A stretch of 63,848 bases of DNA, the filler included, from Stramenopiles sp. TOSAG23-3 (lineage: Eukaryota), in NCBI GenBank assembly GCA_900128585.1. It is 8 parts of 8 records of this genome, joined end to end, with 100 filler letters (N's around TTAATTAATTAA, not from the genome) between each part and the next. Parts side by side here need not be neighbours in the genome. Positions count along the whole stretch, not along the records: positions 10,121 to 20,135 come from LT642857.1; positions 20,236 to 30,250 come from LT642858.1; 6 more parts are not named here. One strand, written 5' to 3'. Made by a program: the position numbers and the translations under genes. Under the pieces are notes generated by a model that was not told the origin of the DNA, did no database searches, and saw only the letters and a list, made by a program, of their open reading frames with translations. Positions 10,123 through 21,221 of the stretch are shown one piece after another. Positions within the stretch are counted from its first letter, which is position 1. Each line of letters begins with the position of its first letter.

Positions 10123-13005
10123 CGGGACTCGTCCGAAGAGCCGGAGGTGGAGAACGCGGAGGGGAGCAACAACGAAAGCGACGACGAGAGAAAGAGGCGC
10201 CGAAAAGAGCGCCGAAGGAAGAAGAAGCAGCGGGAGGAAAACATAGACGACGGCGAGGCGGGGGAGGGCGAGGGGAGGGAGGACGACAGTAGAGCGGCCC
10301 ACCGGCGCCGGCGCAGGAAGAAGCAGCAGGGGGAGGCCGAGGAGGGGGGCGCTGGCGGGGAGGAGAACGAGGAGAACGATGCCAGCAGCGAGAAAAAGAA
10401 GAAGAAGAAAAAGAAGAAGCGGGACAAGAAGAAGAAGGGTAGAAGCGACGACGAGGACGGGGACGACGCGACGGAGCGACGGACGCAGACCACGTCCGTG
10501 GCCAAAAGCAAGGCCAACTTTGACTATCGCCAGGTCCTCGGCTCGCTCGTCAAGTTCACCCGCAAGTTTCGCAACCCGGAGAAGCCGGAGATGCCAGACT
10601 TCAAACTCGACTTTCGCCGGGTCAAGGATCCCGTCCTGATGGTCCAGATGCACGGGACCGACCAGCTCGCCCAGGACCCTTACGTGTCCCACCCCTTGGT
10701 GAAAGTGCACATCGTCGACTCGCAGACGGGCGAGTACATCGAAAAGGAGGACGCCCAGGTCCCGTCCGTGAGCCTGCTCGAGCGGCAGACCACGATACAG
10801 GTGAACCGGGCAGACGGCCTGAGCGTGACACGCTCGTCCGACTCGTGCCGCCACGTGGTGCCCATGATGACCATGCCCTGCGACCTGGGGGCGCAGGGGC
10901 GACACGGCGCAAAGCTTGTGTGGGACGAGGAGAAGGGCAAACTGCTATTTGGGGAGACGTACAAGACGTTCTTGAACGCCAACGTTCTGTTTCTGTTCGA
11001 GGTCCTCGACTTCGTCCCGGGCGCACCCCAGTCCAAGCTGCGCGATGGAAAGGGCTGGTACCGGATTGCGTGGGCGTTTCTCCACGCCGTCGGGAGGAAT
11101 GGCGGGGCGAACATTGGGAAAACGGACACGCAGGTCCCGAAGAAGCTCCGCCTGCAGCTGTACCGCCACACGGACCAGAGCCTCGCCAGCCAGGCCCACG
11201 CCCGCGCCTGGCACAAGAGCAAAGTGACGAAGGGCGGCATCGTCCCCGACGTCTTCTTTTCGTACATGGCGCAGGACAGGGCCGTGTACCCGTCGACGAT
11301 CTACTGCACGATCACGGGCGTCCGGGCGCCGAAGAAGGCCCGGGTCGAGACCCCGCCGATGCACTTCAACCAGAAGGAGCGGCACCAGCTGAGCTTTGCC
11401 CAGGCGATCGCCGCCGGGGAGGTGGAGCCGGAGAGCAAGACGTTCGGCGGAGAGGTCGACGAGAAGGCGAAGCGCGTCCTTCGACGGTCGCGCGGGAACG
11501 GGGAGGCGTGCCTCGTCCCGGACACCGTGTCGGCGAGAATACCCTGCGGCAACGGCTGCTTCGCCCTGTCGTTCTCCAACAGCGGCAAGTACTTGGCCGC
11601 CGCCTGCCGTGACGACCTGCTGTACCCCATTCGCATCTTCGAAGTGGACAGCGGGAAATCGTGGCCCTGGGGCGACTTCCTCGGGCACCACGCCATCGTC
11701 TACACGCTGAAGTGGATGAAGGGGGACAAGATGCTGGCCTCCGCCTCCGGGGACGGCACCGTCCGGCTGTGGATGACCCCCTCCAAGGCCTGGGTGGATC
11801 AAGGCCCCGCCGAAGCCGCCCCGGAGGCCGTGGAGGCCGACGGCGGCCTCAGCCCCCGCACGGCCCAGCGGACCGCCGCCGCGGAGGCGAGTGCGCAGGT
11901 CGTCACCCTGCTCCATTCCCCGCCCTGCTACGTATACAGCGCCGTCTTTCACCCGATGGCGGACCCGCCCGTGGTCGTGTCCGCTGCCTTTGACGGCAAT
12001 CTTCGGGTGTGGGACGCCCGCGCCCAGGACGAATTTTCGTCCTCGAAGCGGGACCGTTTCAAAGGCCTGATTAAGAGCGGGATCCACAAGACCAGGGTGA
12101 ACTGCCTGACGTTTGACAAGCGGGGGCTGAAGCTGTTCTCGGCGGACGCCAACGGCATCGTGATCGTATGGCGCTGCCACGGGGACATGAGCGACCCCCT
12201 GTCATACAGCCTCCTCAAACGGGTAGACATCATGGGCTCGAAGCCCATCCACTCCATCGATTTTTGCCGAGAGCACCTTCTGATCCACGCCGAGTCCAAC
12301 ATCCTCCGAGTCGTGGAGCTGAAGAAGTACCAGCAGCTTCACGATGGCTTCAGTGGCGTGCAGAGCGGCTCGTCAAACATTGGCAGCTGCCTCAGCCCCG
12401 ACGGCCGGTGGGTCCTGGCCGGGTCAGAGGACGGCCGCGCGCACACCTGGTACACGCGAAGCTCCGCTGCCTACAAGAATCCCCTCTCCTCCCACTGCTA
12501 CGGGGGAAAGCTTTGCGGGGTCGCGTGGCACCAGACGCAGCACGTGGTGGCGCTTTGCAGCTACGCCGACGGGTCTCCCATCTTGCTGCTGGAGGCCGAC
12601 CGCGACAAAGTGGCGAACCCGATCGACGACCAGGCCACGGCCTTGCCCGAGCACGGTGCCACGAAGAAGGACGGAAAGTTGGACGCGACGGCGATTTTCG
12701 ACGGCGTCGAGTTTACCGAAGACCAAATGAGGGAGGTCGAAGCGGAGCGCATGGAGACGCGGAAAAATTTCGCAACTTCGCTGCGCGAAAGTTTGCAGGA
12801 AAGCAACCCAGCGCTGCAGCGGCTGTTCAGCAGCCCCGCTGCCAATGGGAGGCGTGGCATGGGAAGTAGCCTGGATACTTCGCTGAGAAAGACGAACACG
12901 GACCCCGACATGCTAAATGAGAGCAGTGCGATGGAGAGAATCCGCGCCAGGCGCCGGGCAAAGAAAGAACGTGCGGAGGCCTTGCAGGCGTCCATCGGGG
13001 AATAA
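10123..13005 (+). CDS. AHI1: Jouberin-like ciliary transition-zone protein (C2-like domain plus WD40), 5'-partial
   Basis: HPLVKVHIVD, PMMTMPCDL, FLFEVLDF, WYRIAWAFL, LRLQLY, YPSTIY, then WD40 repeats (GHHAIVY, ASASGDGTVRLW, CYVYSAVFHP). Confidence 0.88.
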   Translation, partial: RDSSEEPEVENAEGSNNESDDERKRRRKERRRKKKQREENIDDGEAGEGEGREDDSRAAHRRRRRKKQQGEAEEGGAGGEENEENDASSEKKKKKKKKKRDKKKKGRSDDEDGDDATERRTQTTSVAKSKANFDYRQVLGSLVKFTRKFRNPEKPEMPDFKLDFRRVKDPVLMVQMHGTDQLAQDPYVSHPLVKVHIVDSQTGEYIEKEDAQVPSVSLLERQTTIQVNRADGLSVTRSSDSCRHVVPMMTMPCDLGAQGRHGAKLVWDEEKGKLLFGETYKTFLNANVLFLFEVLDFVPGAPQSKLRDGKGWYRIAWAFLHAVGRNGGANIGKTDTQVPKKLRLQLYRHTDQSLASQAHARAWHKSKVTKGGIVPDVFFSYMAQDRAVYPSTIYCTITGVRAPKKARVETPPMHFNQKERHQLSFAQAIAAGEVEPESKTFGGEVDEKAKRVLRRSRGNGEACLVPDTVSARIPCGNGCFALSFSNSGKYLAAACRDDLLYPIRIFEVDSGKSWPWGDFLGHHAIVYTLKWMKGDKMLASASGDGTVRLWMTPSKAWVDQGPAEAAPEAVEADGGLSPRTAQRTAAAEASAQVVTLLHSPPCYVYSAVFHPMADPPVVVSAAFDGNLRVWDARAQDEFSSSKRDRFKGLIKSGIHKTRVNCLTFDKRGLKLFSADANGIVIVWRCHGDMSDPLSYSLLKRVDIMGSKPIHSIDFCREHLLIHAESNILRVVELKKYQQLHDGFSGVQSGSSNIGSCLSPDGRWVLAGSEDGRAHTWYTRSSAAYKNPLSSHCYGGKLCGVAWHQTQHVVALCSYADGSPILLLEADRDKVANPIDDQATALPEHGATKKDGKLDATAIFDGVEFTEDQMREVEAERMETRKNFATSLRESLQESNPALQRLFSSPAANGRRGMGSSLDTSLRKTNTDPDMLNESSAMERIRARRRAKKERAEALQASIGE

Positions 13006-13041
13006 CAACTCCTTTTAGAAACAGTAAATTTTAATTGACTT

Positions 13042-13156
13042 AAAAACAAGAAAAATTGGCTGTTATTAGTTTTTCATATATTAAGATATTGTGCGTATGA
13101 ATAAATTATATATAATATTTTTTTTATAAAATAACAGAGCCAATTTTCTTGTTTTT
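13042..13156. repeat. Inverted pair of the AAAACAAGAAAATTGGCTGTTATT motif (MITE-like)
   Basis: Forward copy 13042-13067, reverse copy 13130-13156. Confidence 0.75.
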
Positions 13157-13219
13157 TAAATTTAGATATCATGTCGCGCGCATACGTGCGTCCACCCTTG
13201 TCCCCGTTCTGGGAGATCC

Positions 13220-14124
13220 TCAATTGATTTTCAAGAGCTCGACGTCAAACACAAGGTCCGCGTTGGGAGGGATGACGCCCCCTGCGCCCCTGGCCCCATA
13301 TCCCATCACGGCTGGAATCCTCAGCTCAGAGCGTTCGCCCAAACTCATTTGCATAACTCCGGTATCCCACCCTTTTATAACTTGCCCAACTCCGATTTGG
13401 AACTGGAATGGCCGGTTCTTGTCTCTGGAGGAATCAAACTTCTTCCCGTTCGAGGCCAAAGTGCCCGTGTAGTGCATGGTGAGCTTGTCACCACGTTTTG
13501 GGAACGATTTTCCATCACTGCGAAGAAAGAAGCGACGAAGACAGGGTTAGCCGTGGAAGAACGGACGAGAGGGGAGGAAAGAGGGAAGGAAAGAGGGAAG
13601 GAAAGAGGGACGACCGGCGGACGGACGGACGGAGGTGCACACTTACCCGGCTTTGAGTACTTTTTTTTCCACGGCCATAATCTTGAGAAGTTCGACCTAA
13701 GAAGAGGTGCGTTGGTGGTAAATAGTGTTAGTCGATGCAATTTAGAGGGGTACGTGTGTGATGATTGCTACGGTTTAGCGGGCCAGCGGGAGGGTAAACT
13801 TACATCGAATACGAGGTCTGCGTTCGGTGGGATAACGTCACCGGCTCCGCGGGCACCATAACCCATGGAGGACGGGATGTGAAGTTTGACTCGTGATCCC
13901 ACGGACATCTTCATAACCCCTACATCCCAGCCTTTGATAACTTCTCCTACCCCGATGGTAAACGAAAATGGCTCTCCTCGGTCTCTCGAGGAGTCAAATT
14001 TTTTCCCATTCGATGCCAAAGTACCGGTGTAGTGCATGGCAAGGTAGTCCCCTTTCTTTGGGAACGTCGTTTTGTCCCCTTCTTTGAGAACCTCTACTTT
14101 GAGCTCAGCGGCTATTGCAGACAT
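13220..14124 (-). CDS. Tandem two-domain FKBP12-type PPIase; exons 14124-13804, 13696-13647, 13517-13220
   Basis: Two MHYTGTL...FDSSRD...VIKGWD...[16 protein letters not shown] domains. GTAAGT..AG introns at 13803-13697 and 13646-13518 join them in frame. Confidence 0.9.
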
Positions 14125-15354
14125 GATTGATTATTGATAATAACGGGGTGGGATTCTTTTCGTTGGTAATGATATTTTTTGTAAGAGTTGTTTTGAAGTT
14201 CAAATATTGCTCACATCTTCAGACAGGTCACAAAAACTTTACAAACAAGTATACTTTTCTTGTTTTGTTCTTTATTCAAGAATCATTTCTTTCTTCTTGG
14301 TTTTCTGTTGTAGTTATCTTTCTTCTTCTTCTAATAATAAATAATAATAAATAAAATTAAAAAAATAATAATATAATAATACAGTACTATTATAAATATA
14401 GACTGTAAGTAAAAAAAAAAAATTATTTAAAAAAAAAAAATTAAAGAAGAAGAAAGGAATAGAATAGAGAAAAAAAGAAGAAGAAAAAGAAAAGAAAGAT
14501 ATTTATATTTTCATAGTGGTGGGGTGATGATGTACAATCGACACAGCATCTGTAAAACTGACAGCTATATTTTAATAGGATTATGATATGTATTATAAGT
14601 ACATATATAATGTAGTGTAATGTAATTTCATGCCATATGAATATATATAAAGATGATTAAATAAGAAGAAGGAAGTGAACTATTTATAATAGAGCCTACT
14701 AGATCCTAGACTCCATATAGATAGAATCAATCATCTTATAATAATAATAATTTGAAGTTGTATGGTATGATATTACATTATATATGATTTACATTATATT
14801 ACATTTATACACCTTCTTTCTTCCTTGGGGTGTGGTTTACAATAATTTGTATTTTTTGTTTTTTTTTAAAAGATCGAAAGATCGAAAAAAGAAACAATTT
14901 TTTAAAATATATTATAAATAAAGAACAACAGGAACACAACAACAACAACAACAAAAGAAAAACAACCAACTGCAATCTAGTCATCAAGCTGGGTCAATCA
15001 ATAACTATTATAATATGCACAGCAGGATTTATTTAATTAATAATATACCTATATACAACATAGACACAACAGCTTTAAAGAAAAACGAGGACTGACTGAC
15101 TGCTATGCTGCGGGTGGTGTGTTGTGGTGGTGGATCGGGGTGGTTGGTTAAATAGTTGGTTACTATATACTTATTACTGGTTTAGTAAAAGCAATGGATG
15201 GATTTGCATTGTTTGAACTAAAAAGGAAAATACAAGAAGGTGTTTTTAAAAGTCAATAATATGATCTGCACGGGTTAGTTCGAGTGAAACATATGCACAC
15301 GATTGAGCAACGTATTTGTGGTTTGTAGAGTAACTGTGTAGAAGGGGCACCACC

Positions 15355-17136
15355 ATGGCAACTGCAGAAGGCAAGCACTCTGGGCAGACAATTCTTTCCA
15401 CGCCCGCTGCGACACAAGGCGTCCAAATCCAGTTCGCGGAGCTGAAGAAGGGTACAGAGCGGAACTCAATGGACGATACGGAGGTGAACGAGGAGTTTTT
15501 GGCCCAAATAGTAAGCAAAATTACGTATGAAAATGGAGCTTCCGCGAGCCACCGCTCTGTACGCCGTTGCCACTACAAACAAGCGTTCCAAGCTTTCTAT
15601 ACACACGTCATTGCACTGCTGCTGGGGTCACCGTTGTGCGGGATAATTCTTGTCCCCTTGTTGGGGTACCGCACATGCATAGAGCGCGCGTTCATACTTT
15701 TACCACGGAAATCAAGCATCGGTTCTCGCGCAGTACATATGATACTTGCGCATAGCTACGGCATCCCCGTCTGCGTTTATATCACGCTGTACAAACTGTA
15801 TATTGGAACTGCGCGTTCCCTTTCGTCGTGGGGCGACGTATTCCTGGTCTTCTTTCCAGTCCTGATGTATTTGTGGTTTGTTACTTTGAAATACGCAATG
15901 ACGGAACCGGAGCACTTTAGGGTGCTTTATGGAAAAAGCAAAGGCAAAATGGTGGGGTCGTTTGCGCCAATGCTTGCACGGAGTGGTTTGCTGGGGGGAG
16001 AGATGGCCCTGGAGGTGTACCTCAGCGAGTTCATGAAAACGACGGACATCGTACAGGGGCTCTTGGGGGACTACTTTTGCATGCCAGTCGCAGTGGTAGC
16101 CAGTTCGCCCAAGAAAGGAGGCGATGTCCACATCATTCACAACGAAGAGACATTCTACACTGCCCGAGAGTCACACAGCAAGATCGAGGAGTCTTCCGTT
16201 CGGCACGTTAAGTCGGTCACGCTGGGCCGCGCCATCCTTCGCAGCTTTGCCTCTCACCTCCGCTCAAAACAACCCTTGAACAGAATTCACCAAGTGGCAG
16301 ATGTAGTGTCGGGGGTGTACATATTGGGGAGAATAATTATGGCTGCCGGTGACGGCTCGATCAGCACCAGCTGGGTCGAATGGGTGAACTTTCTGCTTCT
16401 CATGACCATAAAGGTATTTGCGCTGCGACAGTGGTACCGCCACAGCGGCATGGCATTGGCGCTGTTCCAAAAGATGAAGTTCCTAGAAACCCGCCTGGGG
16501 AAAATCATACACCAATTGCACATAGCTTGCGCAGAGGACGTACAGTCGTGGTCCCGCCTTCGATTTGCCATGCACATGATGGACAGCAAATCACTTTACT
16601 ATTGCGTGGTTTACAGCGGCGCGTCATTGCTTGGATCGGGTGTGTTTATCATTTGCGTAACGGGTGTGACTTACTTTGCACCGGAGGATCCGATCATTAT
16701 CGGACACTTTTCCCTAGTCCTTTTGCATGTGTTTGTCGTTCAAGGGCTCACCCTCTATGCGATTAAAATTGGGGCAAAGACCAACTGGTACGCCTCAAGA
16801 CATGTCGACGAGTGGTTAAAAGAAAAATCTTCGATTGGAATTCGAATGAACGCCCTGAATGTTCAGTTGCACTGTCAGAAAGGCGGAAAACAGCCAGGGA
16901 AAATCCTCGCAGACATCGCCCGGCTCGATGGGGCCATGACGGAAATCGATATACTTTGCAAACGGTTGAAGAATGAGATAGATTTTGGTGGCCTGCGCTT
17001 TTTTTCCATGCGCATAACCAAAGTCCTGTTCAAAACCCTGATGCTCCTGTTCCTGTACCAAGTGCTTTATCTCACGGTTTGGATTATCAGAAAGAGCGAG
17101 ATCAAGATTTCCGACGCTTTCCTTGTGGCGCTATAG
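15355..17136 (+). CDS. Multi-pass membrane protein, PHTF/7TM ion-channel-like
   Basis: About 7 hydrophobic segments. EDVQSWSRLR, IGAKTN and LRFFSMRITKVLF resemble the PHTF C-terminal region (by-eye comparison). Confidence 0.55.
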   Translation: MATAEGKHSGQTILSTPAATQGVQIQFAELKKGTERNSMDDTEVNEEFLAQIVSKITYENGASASHRSVRRCHYKQAFQAFYTHVIALLLGSPLCGIILVPLLGYRTCIERAFILLPRKSSIGSRAVHMILAHSYGIPVCVYITLYKLYIGTARSLSSWGDVFLVFFPVLMYLWFVTLKYAMTEPEHFRVLYGKSKGKMVGSFAPMLARSGLLGGEMALEVYLSEFMKTTDIVQGLLGDYFCMPVAVVASSPKKGGDVHIIHNEETFYTARESHSKIEESSVRHVKSVTLGRAILRSFASHLRSKQPLNRIHQVADVVSGVYILGRIIMAAGDGSISTSWVEWVNFLLLMTIKVFALRQWYRHSGMALALFQKMKFLETRLGKIIHQLHIACAEDVQSWSRLRFAMHMMDSKSLYYCVVYSGASLLGSGVFIICVTGVTYFAPEDPIIIGHFSLVLLHVFVVQGLTLYAIKIGAKTNWYASRHVDEWLKEKSSIGIRMNALNVQLHCQKGGKQPGKILADIARLDGAMTEIDILCKRLKNEIDFGGLRFFSMRITKVLFKTLMLLFLYQVLYLTVWIIRKSEIKISDAFLVAL

Positions 17137-17299
17137 AAATGAGACACTCTTATCTTCTTCATATATACCGTGAATGTGAATTTCTCTGCTCCTTTTGTCT
17201 ATTAAAAGTTTACGTAAAGAGAGAGAGCATCAAAACTAAAACTTTATATTTGCACTTTTTCGCGGGATGCAACGTGTTACGAAGTTCCTACGAAACGTT

Positions 17300-17335
17300 A
17301 AAAACAAGAAAATTGGCTGTTATTTAAGTAATTAA
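17300..17335 (+). repeat. Dispersed repeat family copy
   Basis: aaaaacaagaaaattggctgttatttaagtaattaa. Confidence 0.85.
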
Positions 17336-17539
17336 CGTTACACTGCTGCTAAGAGTTCGTAAGAATTTACGAAATTGCCTTTAAGTGTTTGTCTTGCCTT
17401 GCTAATCATTGTCGCTTAACTGTACATAAATATCTAAATAAACAACAGCCTAGATATTTTTGACTTTAATCATTTTCACTTAAGCTCACGTCGTGCCGAC
17501 CTCTTCTCTTCAAAATTAATCTTTTATCCCTTTCTCCTC

Positions 17540-19582
17540 TCAGTTCTTGCGCACGACCTTTTCCAGCAAATCGTTCACTCGGGGAATCATCGAGCGAGGA
17601 TCGTCCAGTATACCGGCAGCAACCATTGCGTTGTCAAAAAGTTGTTCCGCTACTAATTTTGCAAGTGCCGGGTCGTCGTTTCGCCGCTCAAACATCCCTT
17701 TTGTAACAGGGTGGTTCGGGTTGATCTCTAATTTTTGTTTAGACATCGTGTCTTTCTCGCCGAGATTCTTCATCATTTTTTGGATCGACGCAGAGTGGTG
17801 GTCAACTATAATTGCCGGGGAGTCCACGAGGCGGGTGGTCACCTTGACGTCCATCACAGTGTCCGCAAGGGTGGTCTTCATCCAGTCGACCATTTCGGCC
17901 TGAATTTTCGTCTCCTCTTCGCTTGTTGCCGCGTCTTTCTTTCGCTCTTCGTCCGTCTTTCGGCCGCCCTCCGTCTTCAGTTCTAGCCCACTCGTTTCGG
18001 CCGACACAAACTTGCGGCCCTGGTACTCTGCGACGTTCGACATGACGAATTCGTCGATCACGTCGTACAAGAATAGCACTTCGACCTTTTCACGCTGGAA
18101 CTCTTCGTAGTACGGCGATGCCATCGCAAGCTCTCGCGTTGGCGCCGCCAGAAAATAGATTTTCTCTTGCTCCACGGGCATTCGACCGATGTACTCGTCC
18201 AGGGATGAAACCTCGCCTGGAAGGCTCGACGAGGTCTCAAACCTCAAGAGCTTGGACACGTCGTCCCGACGCTCGAAGTCCGTCACCGCGCCCTCCTTGA
18301 GGAAGTGGCCAAATTCTTCAAAAAATGTCTTGTACTGGTCCGGGTTCTTCTCCGATTCTTCCTTCAACAGACGAAGGATTCGGCGGGTCAGGACGTTCCC
18401 AATCTTTTTGATAAGGGCGGAGTCTTGGATGCCCTCTCGCGAGATTTGGAGGGGGATGTCTTCGCTGTCCACGGCTCCCTTGACGAAGCGAAGCCACCCG
18501 GGAAGCAAGTTCTCGGAGTTACCCTCGATGAGGACTTTCTTGGAATACAAGTTAACGCCGGGGTCCATACGGGCTGCGCCAAATTTCTCCGAGTGCATGT
18601 TTCCGACGAAAAACACCGCTTTTAGATCGATCGGGACATCCACTCGAAAGTGAAGCTTGTACTGCGGCTCGTCCCACGCGCCGGCGATGTACTTGTAGAA
18701 TTCGTTGTACTGGTCCTCTGTCACCGAGGACGGCTCCATGGCCCAGATGGCCTGCACCGTATTCACTTGTTCGCCATTCAGGTCTATTTGGAACGGGACG
18801 AAGTTCGAGTATTTGTTGAGCACGCCACGGACGTTCGCGGGGTCCGCGAACTCTTCGCATTCCTCTTTTAGGTGCATCACAATCTTCGTGCCCCTAGCAT
18901 TGTCGGACTCGCCCAGCTCTTCGATATTGTAGGAACCGACGCCCTCGGAGGTCCACTTATAGGATGGCTGCGCTTTCCCATCGTCCCCGAGCGCCGCGGG
19001 CGTGCTGACGACTTCAACCTTGTGCGCCACCATGAAGGCCGAGTAAAACCCGACCCCGAACTGCCCGATGATGTCTGCGGACTTCCCGTCCGCATTGGCA
19101 CCCGCAAGAAACTCTTTCGACCCCGACCGGGCTATCGTGCCCAGCGTCCTGACCATTTCGTCCTTGTTCAGTCCTACGCCAGAATCTTCGATGGTAATGG
19201 TCTTTGCGTCCTTGTCCGTCGTTATCGTAACCCCAAGCTTTGCATCGTTGCTGTGCACTTCCTCTCCGAGCCTTTGCATGTACCGCACTTTCTCCAACGC
19301 GTCGGAGGAGTTGCTGACTAATTCGCGGATGAAAACCTCTTTGTCCGTGTACAGGGAGTTGATCACAATGTCCAGCAGTTGGCTGGTTTCCGCGCCGAAC
19401 TCGAACGCTTCCGCCTCCGCAAGCCTCGACCGGGAAGGGGCAACGCTGAACGAACGAAGGCTGTCCGCCACGCTAACACCAGTTGCCCTGATGCATGCAT
19501 TGCTAAGTCGAACGCCCCTCGCCATCCGAGGGGCATGGGCCGCTGCCCGTTGGACCACCCGTTTCAAGCCTCGAGAAAGCAT
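17540..19582 (-). CDS. TRAP1: Mitochondrial Hsp90 (TRAP1/Hsp75)
   Basis: Arg-rich transit peptide; KEVFIRELVSNSSDALEK, LGTIARSGS, IIGQFGVGFYS, GAVDSEDIPLQISRE, LEINPNHP; no MEEVD or KDEL. Confidence 0.95.
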   Translation of the reverse strand: MLSRGLKRVVQRAAAHAPRMARGVRLSNACIRATGVSVADSLRSFSVAPSRSRLAEAEAFEFGAETSQLLDIVINSLYTDKEVFIRELVSNSSDALEKVRYMQRLGEEVHSNDAKLGVTITTDKDAKTITIEDSGVGLNKDEMVRTLGTIARSGSKEFLAGANADGKSADIIGQFGVGFYSAFMVAHKVEVVSTPAALGDDGKAQPSYKWTSEGVGSYNIEELGESDNARGTKIVMHLKEECEEFADPANVRGVLNKYSNFVPFQIDLNGEQVNTVQAIWAMEPSSVTEDQYNEFYKYIAGAWDEPQYKLHFRVDVPIDLKAVFFVGNMHSEKFGAARMDPGVNLYSKKVLIEGNSENLLPGWLRFVKGAVDSEDIPLQISREGIQDSALIKKIGNVLTRRILRLLKEESEKNPDQYKTFFEEFGHFLKEGAVTDFERRDDVSKLLRFETSSSLPGEVSSLDEYIGRMPVEQEKIYFLAAPTRELAMASPYYEEFQREKVEVLFLYDVIDEFVMSNVAEYQGRKFVSAETSGLELKTEGGRKTDEERKKDAATSEEETKIQAEMVDWMKTTLADTVMDVKVTTRLVDSPAIIVDHHSASIQKMMKNLGEKDTMSKQKLEINPNHPVTKGMFERRNDDPALAKLVAEQLFDNAMVAAGILDDPRSMIPRVNDLLEKVVRKN

Positions 19583-20055
19583 AGTATTCTTCTTTTCACG
19601 GGGCACAAAAGTACGTGCGTATGTGTGTAAAAATATGTGTGTAAACAACCCAAGGGTTAAAAAAACGTCAATAAAATAGTACCGACTTACAAATTGTTGG
19701 GTGACATTTGAATCGTAATTAATATTTTTATATTGTTCCGTTGCTATCTTTTCTTTCTTGCTCTAACTTTATTTTCTCAAACACATATAGAAGGGATGGT
19801 GTGAACGGAGCAACAAAACACACACGTGGCGGCGCGGAGGACCAACGAACAACCACAAAAAAATTTAATTTTTTTTTATTATTTATTTTAATTAATAATA
19901 ATAAAAATAAAATGTATACACATACATAATACAGCAGGGAAGTATAGGAAGGATAATTAATTATTCGCGAAGAAAAAGAAGAAGAAAAAAGAAGAAGAAA
20001 GAAGAAGAAAAAGAAGAAGCTTTGATTGTATCATAGACTTCGCGGTGTCATTTTT

Positions 20056-20130
20056 AAAACAAGAAAATTGGCTGTTATTTAAGTAATTAAAATTAATGTA
20101 CTGCGAACTGAACTCTAAATTTAGACATTC
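20056..20130 (+). repeat. Dispersed repeat family, long copy at contig end
   Basis: aaaacaagaaaattggctgttatttaagtaattaaaattaatgtactgcgaactgaactctaaatttagacattc, near-identical to 49157-49231. Confidence 0.9.
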
Positions 20131-20135
20131 GAGGT

Positions 20136-20235
20136 NNNNNNNNNNNNNNNNNNNNNNNNNNNNNNNNNNNNNNNNNNNNTTAATTAATTAANNNNNNNNN
20201 NNNNNNNNNNNNNNNNNNNNNNNNNNNNNNNNNNN
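20136..20235. other. Artificial contig linker
   Basis: N44-TTAATTAATTAA-N44. Confidence 0.99.
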
Positions 20236-20237
20236 TT

Positions 20238-20309
<72 letters not shown>

Positions 20310-20345
20310 TCCTTGTTTCTTTGTTTCTTTGTTTGTTTGTTTGTT
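20236..20345. repeat. (TTTC)n/(TTTG)n microsatellite
   Basis: Read directly from the sequence. Confidence 0.95.
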
Positions 20346-21221
20346 TCTTTTTTTTATTCGAAGCAAAAACCAAAGTGAAATACTTTATAATTAATTATAG
20401 GTAATAATAATAATTAGTATACAAATAAATTATAATTAACGTCCATAAAACAACCTTTTTCTATAGTAATTCTAAACACAAAACATAACGTTTAGTTTTT
20501 CATTTCTTATTTAACAGGTACATAGCATTTAAAATAAATAATTATTTAATAATCGATCGATCTGTTTACAACCACCAGAAGATAGAAGCAGCAGCAGCAA
20601 GGCAACAAGGTCATTCATCATAAATAAATAATTATATTTATTTTTTTTATTATTATAGGATGGTAGTTACATCACCTTCTTCGTTCTTATTATTACATTG
20701 TATTTAGTTATAAGCTAAAAAAAATATATGAGCTATAATTTTTATTAATAATAAATAAAATCTCTTCTTCGTTCTTCTCTTCTTTCTTCTTTCTTCTTCG
20801 TCTTCTTCTTTTTTTCCTCTCCTCTATCTATATATAATAAATATGTAAAGTAGTACTTTTTACAATTCCAAGTTACAAGTGAAACAAACATTTCAATTGT
20901 TCAAAATTTGTGCAACAATCGAACAAATTAAGCTTACCATTTCAGAAACATCATAGTACACCATTAAACTTTTCTATTTCACTAAATTTCTCCCCCGTTT
21001 ATTTATTCTTTTGACTTTTCGACAGTAAGTAACCGACCGACCGTCCCTGGCCCGGGCGCGCGCCCCGCAAAGTGCAACGTTTCTCTCTCTTTCTTTCCCC
21101 CTCCCGCCGCCTTGCCGAGCGCTGCCAACGCCCTGCCCCCTCCCCATCCCGAAATAACACACACCCGCTCTAACACACGAACCACCCCAAATTATAAATA
21201 ACCGCAGGCCGTTAACGCACA

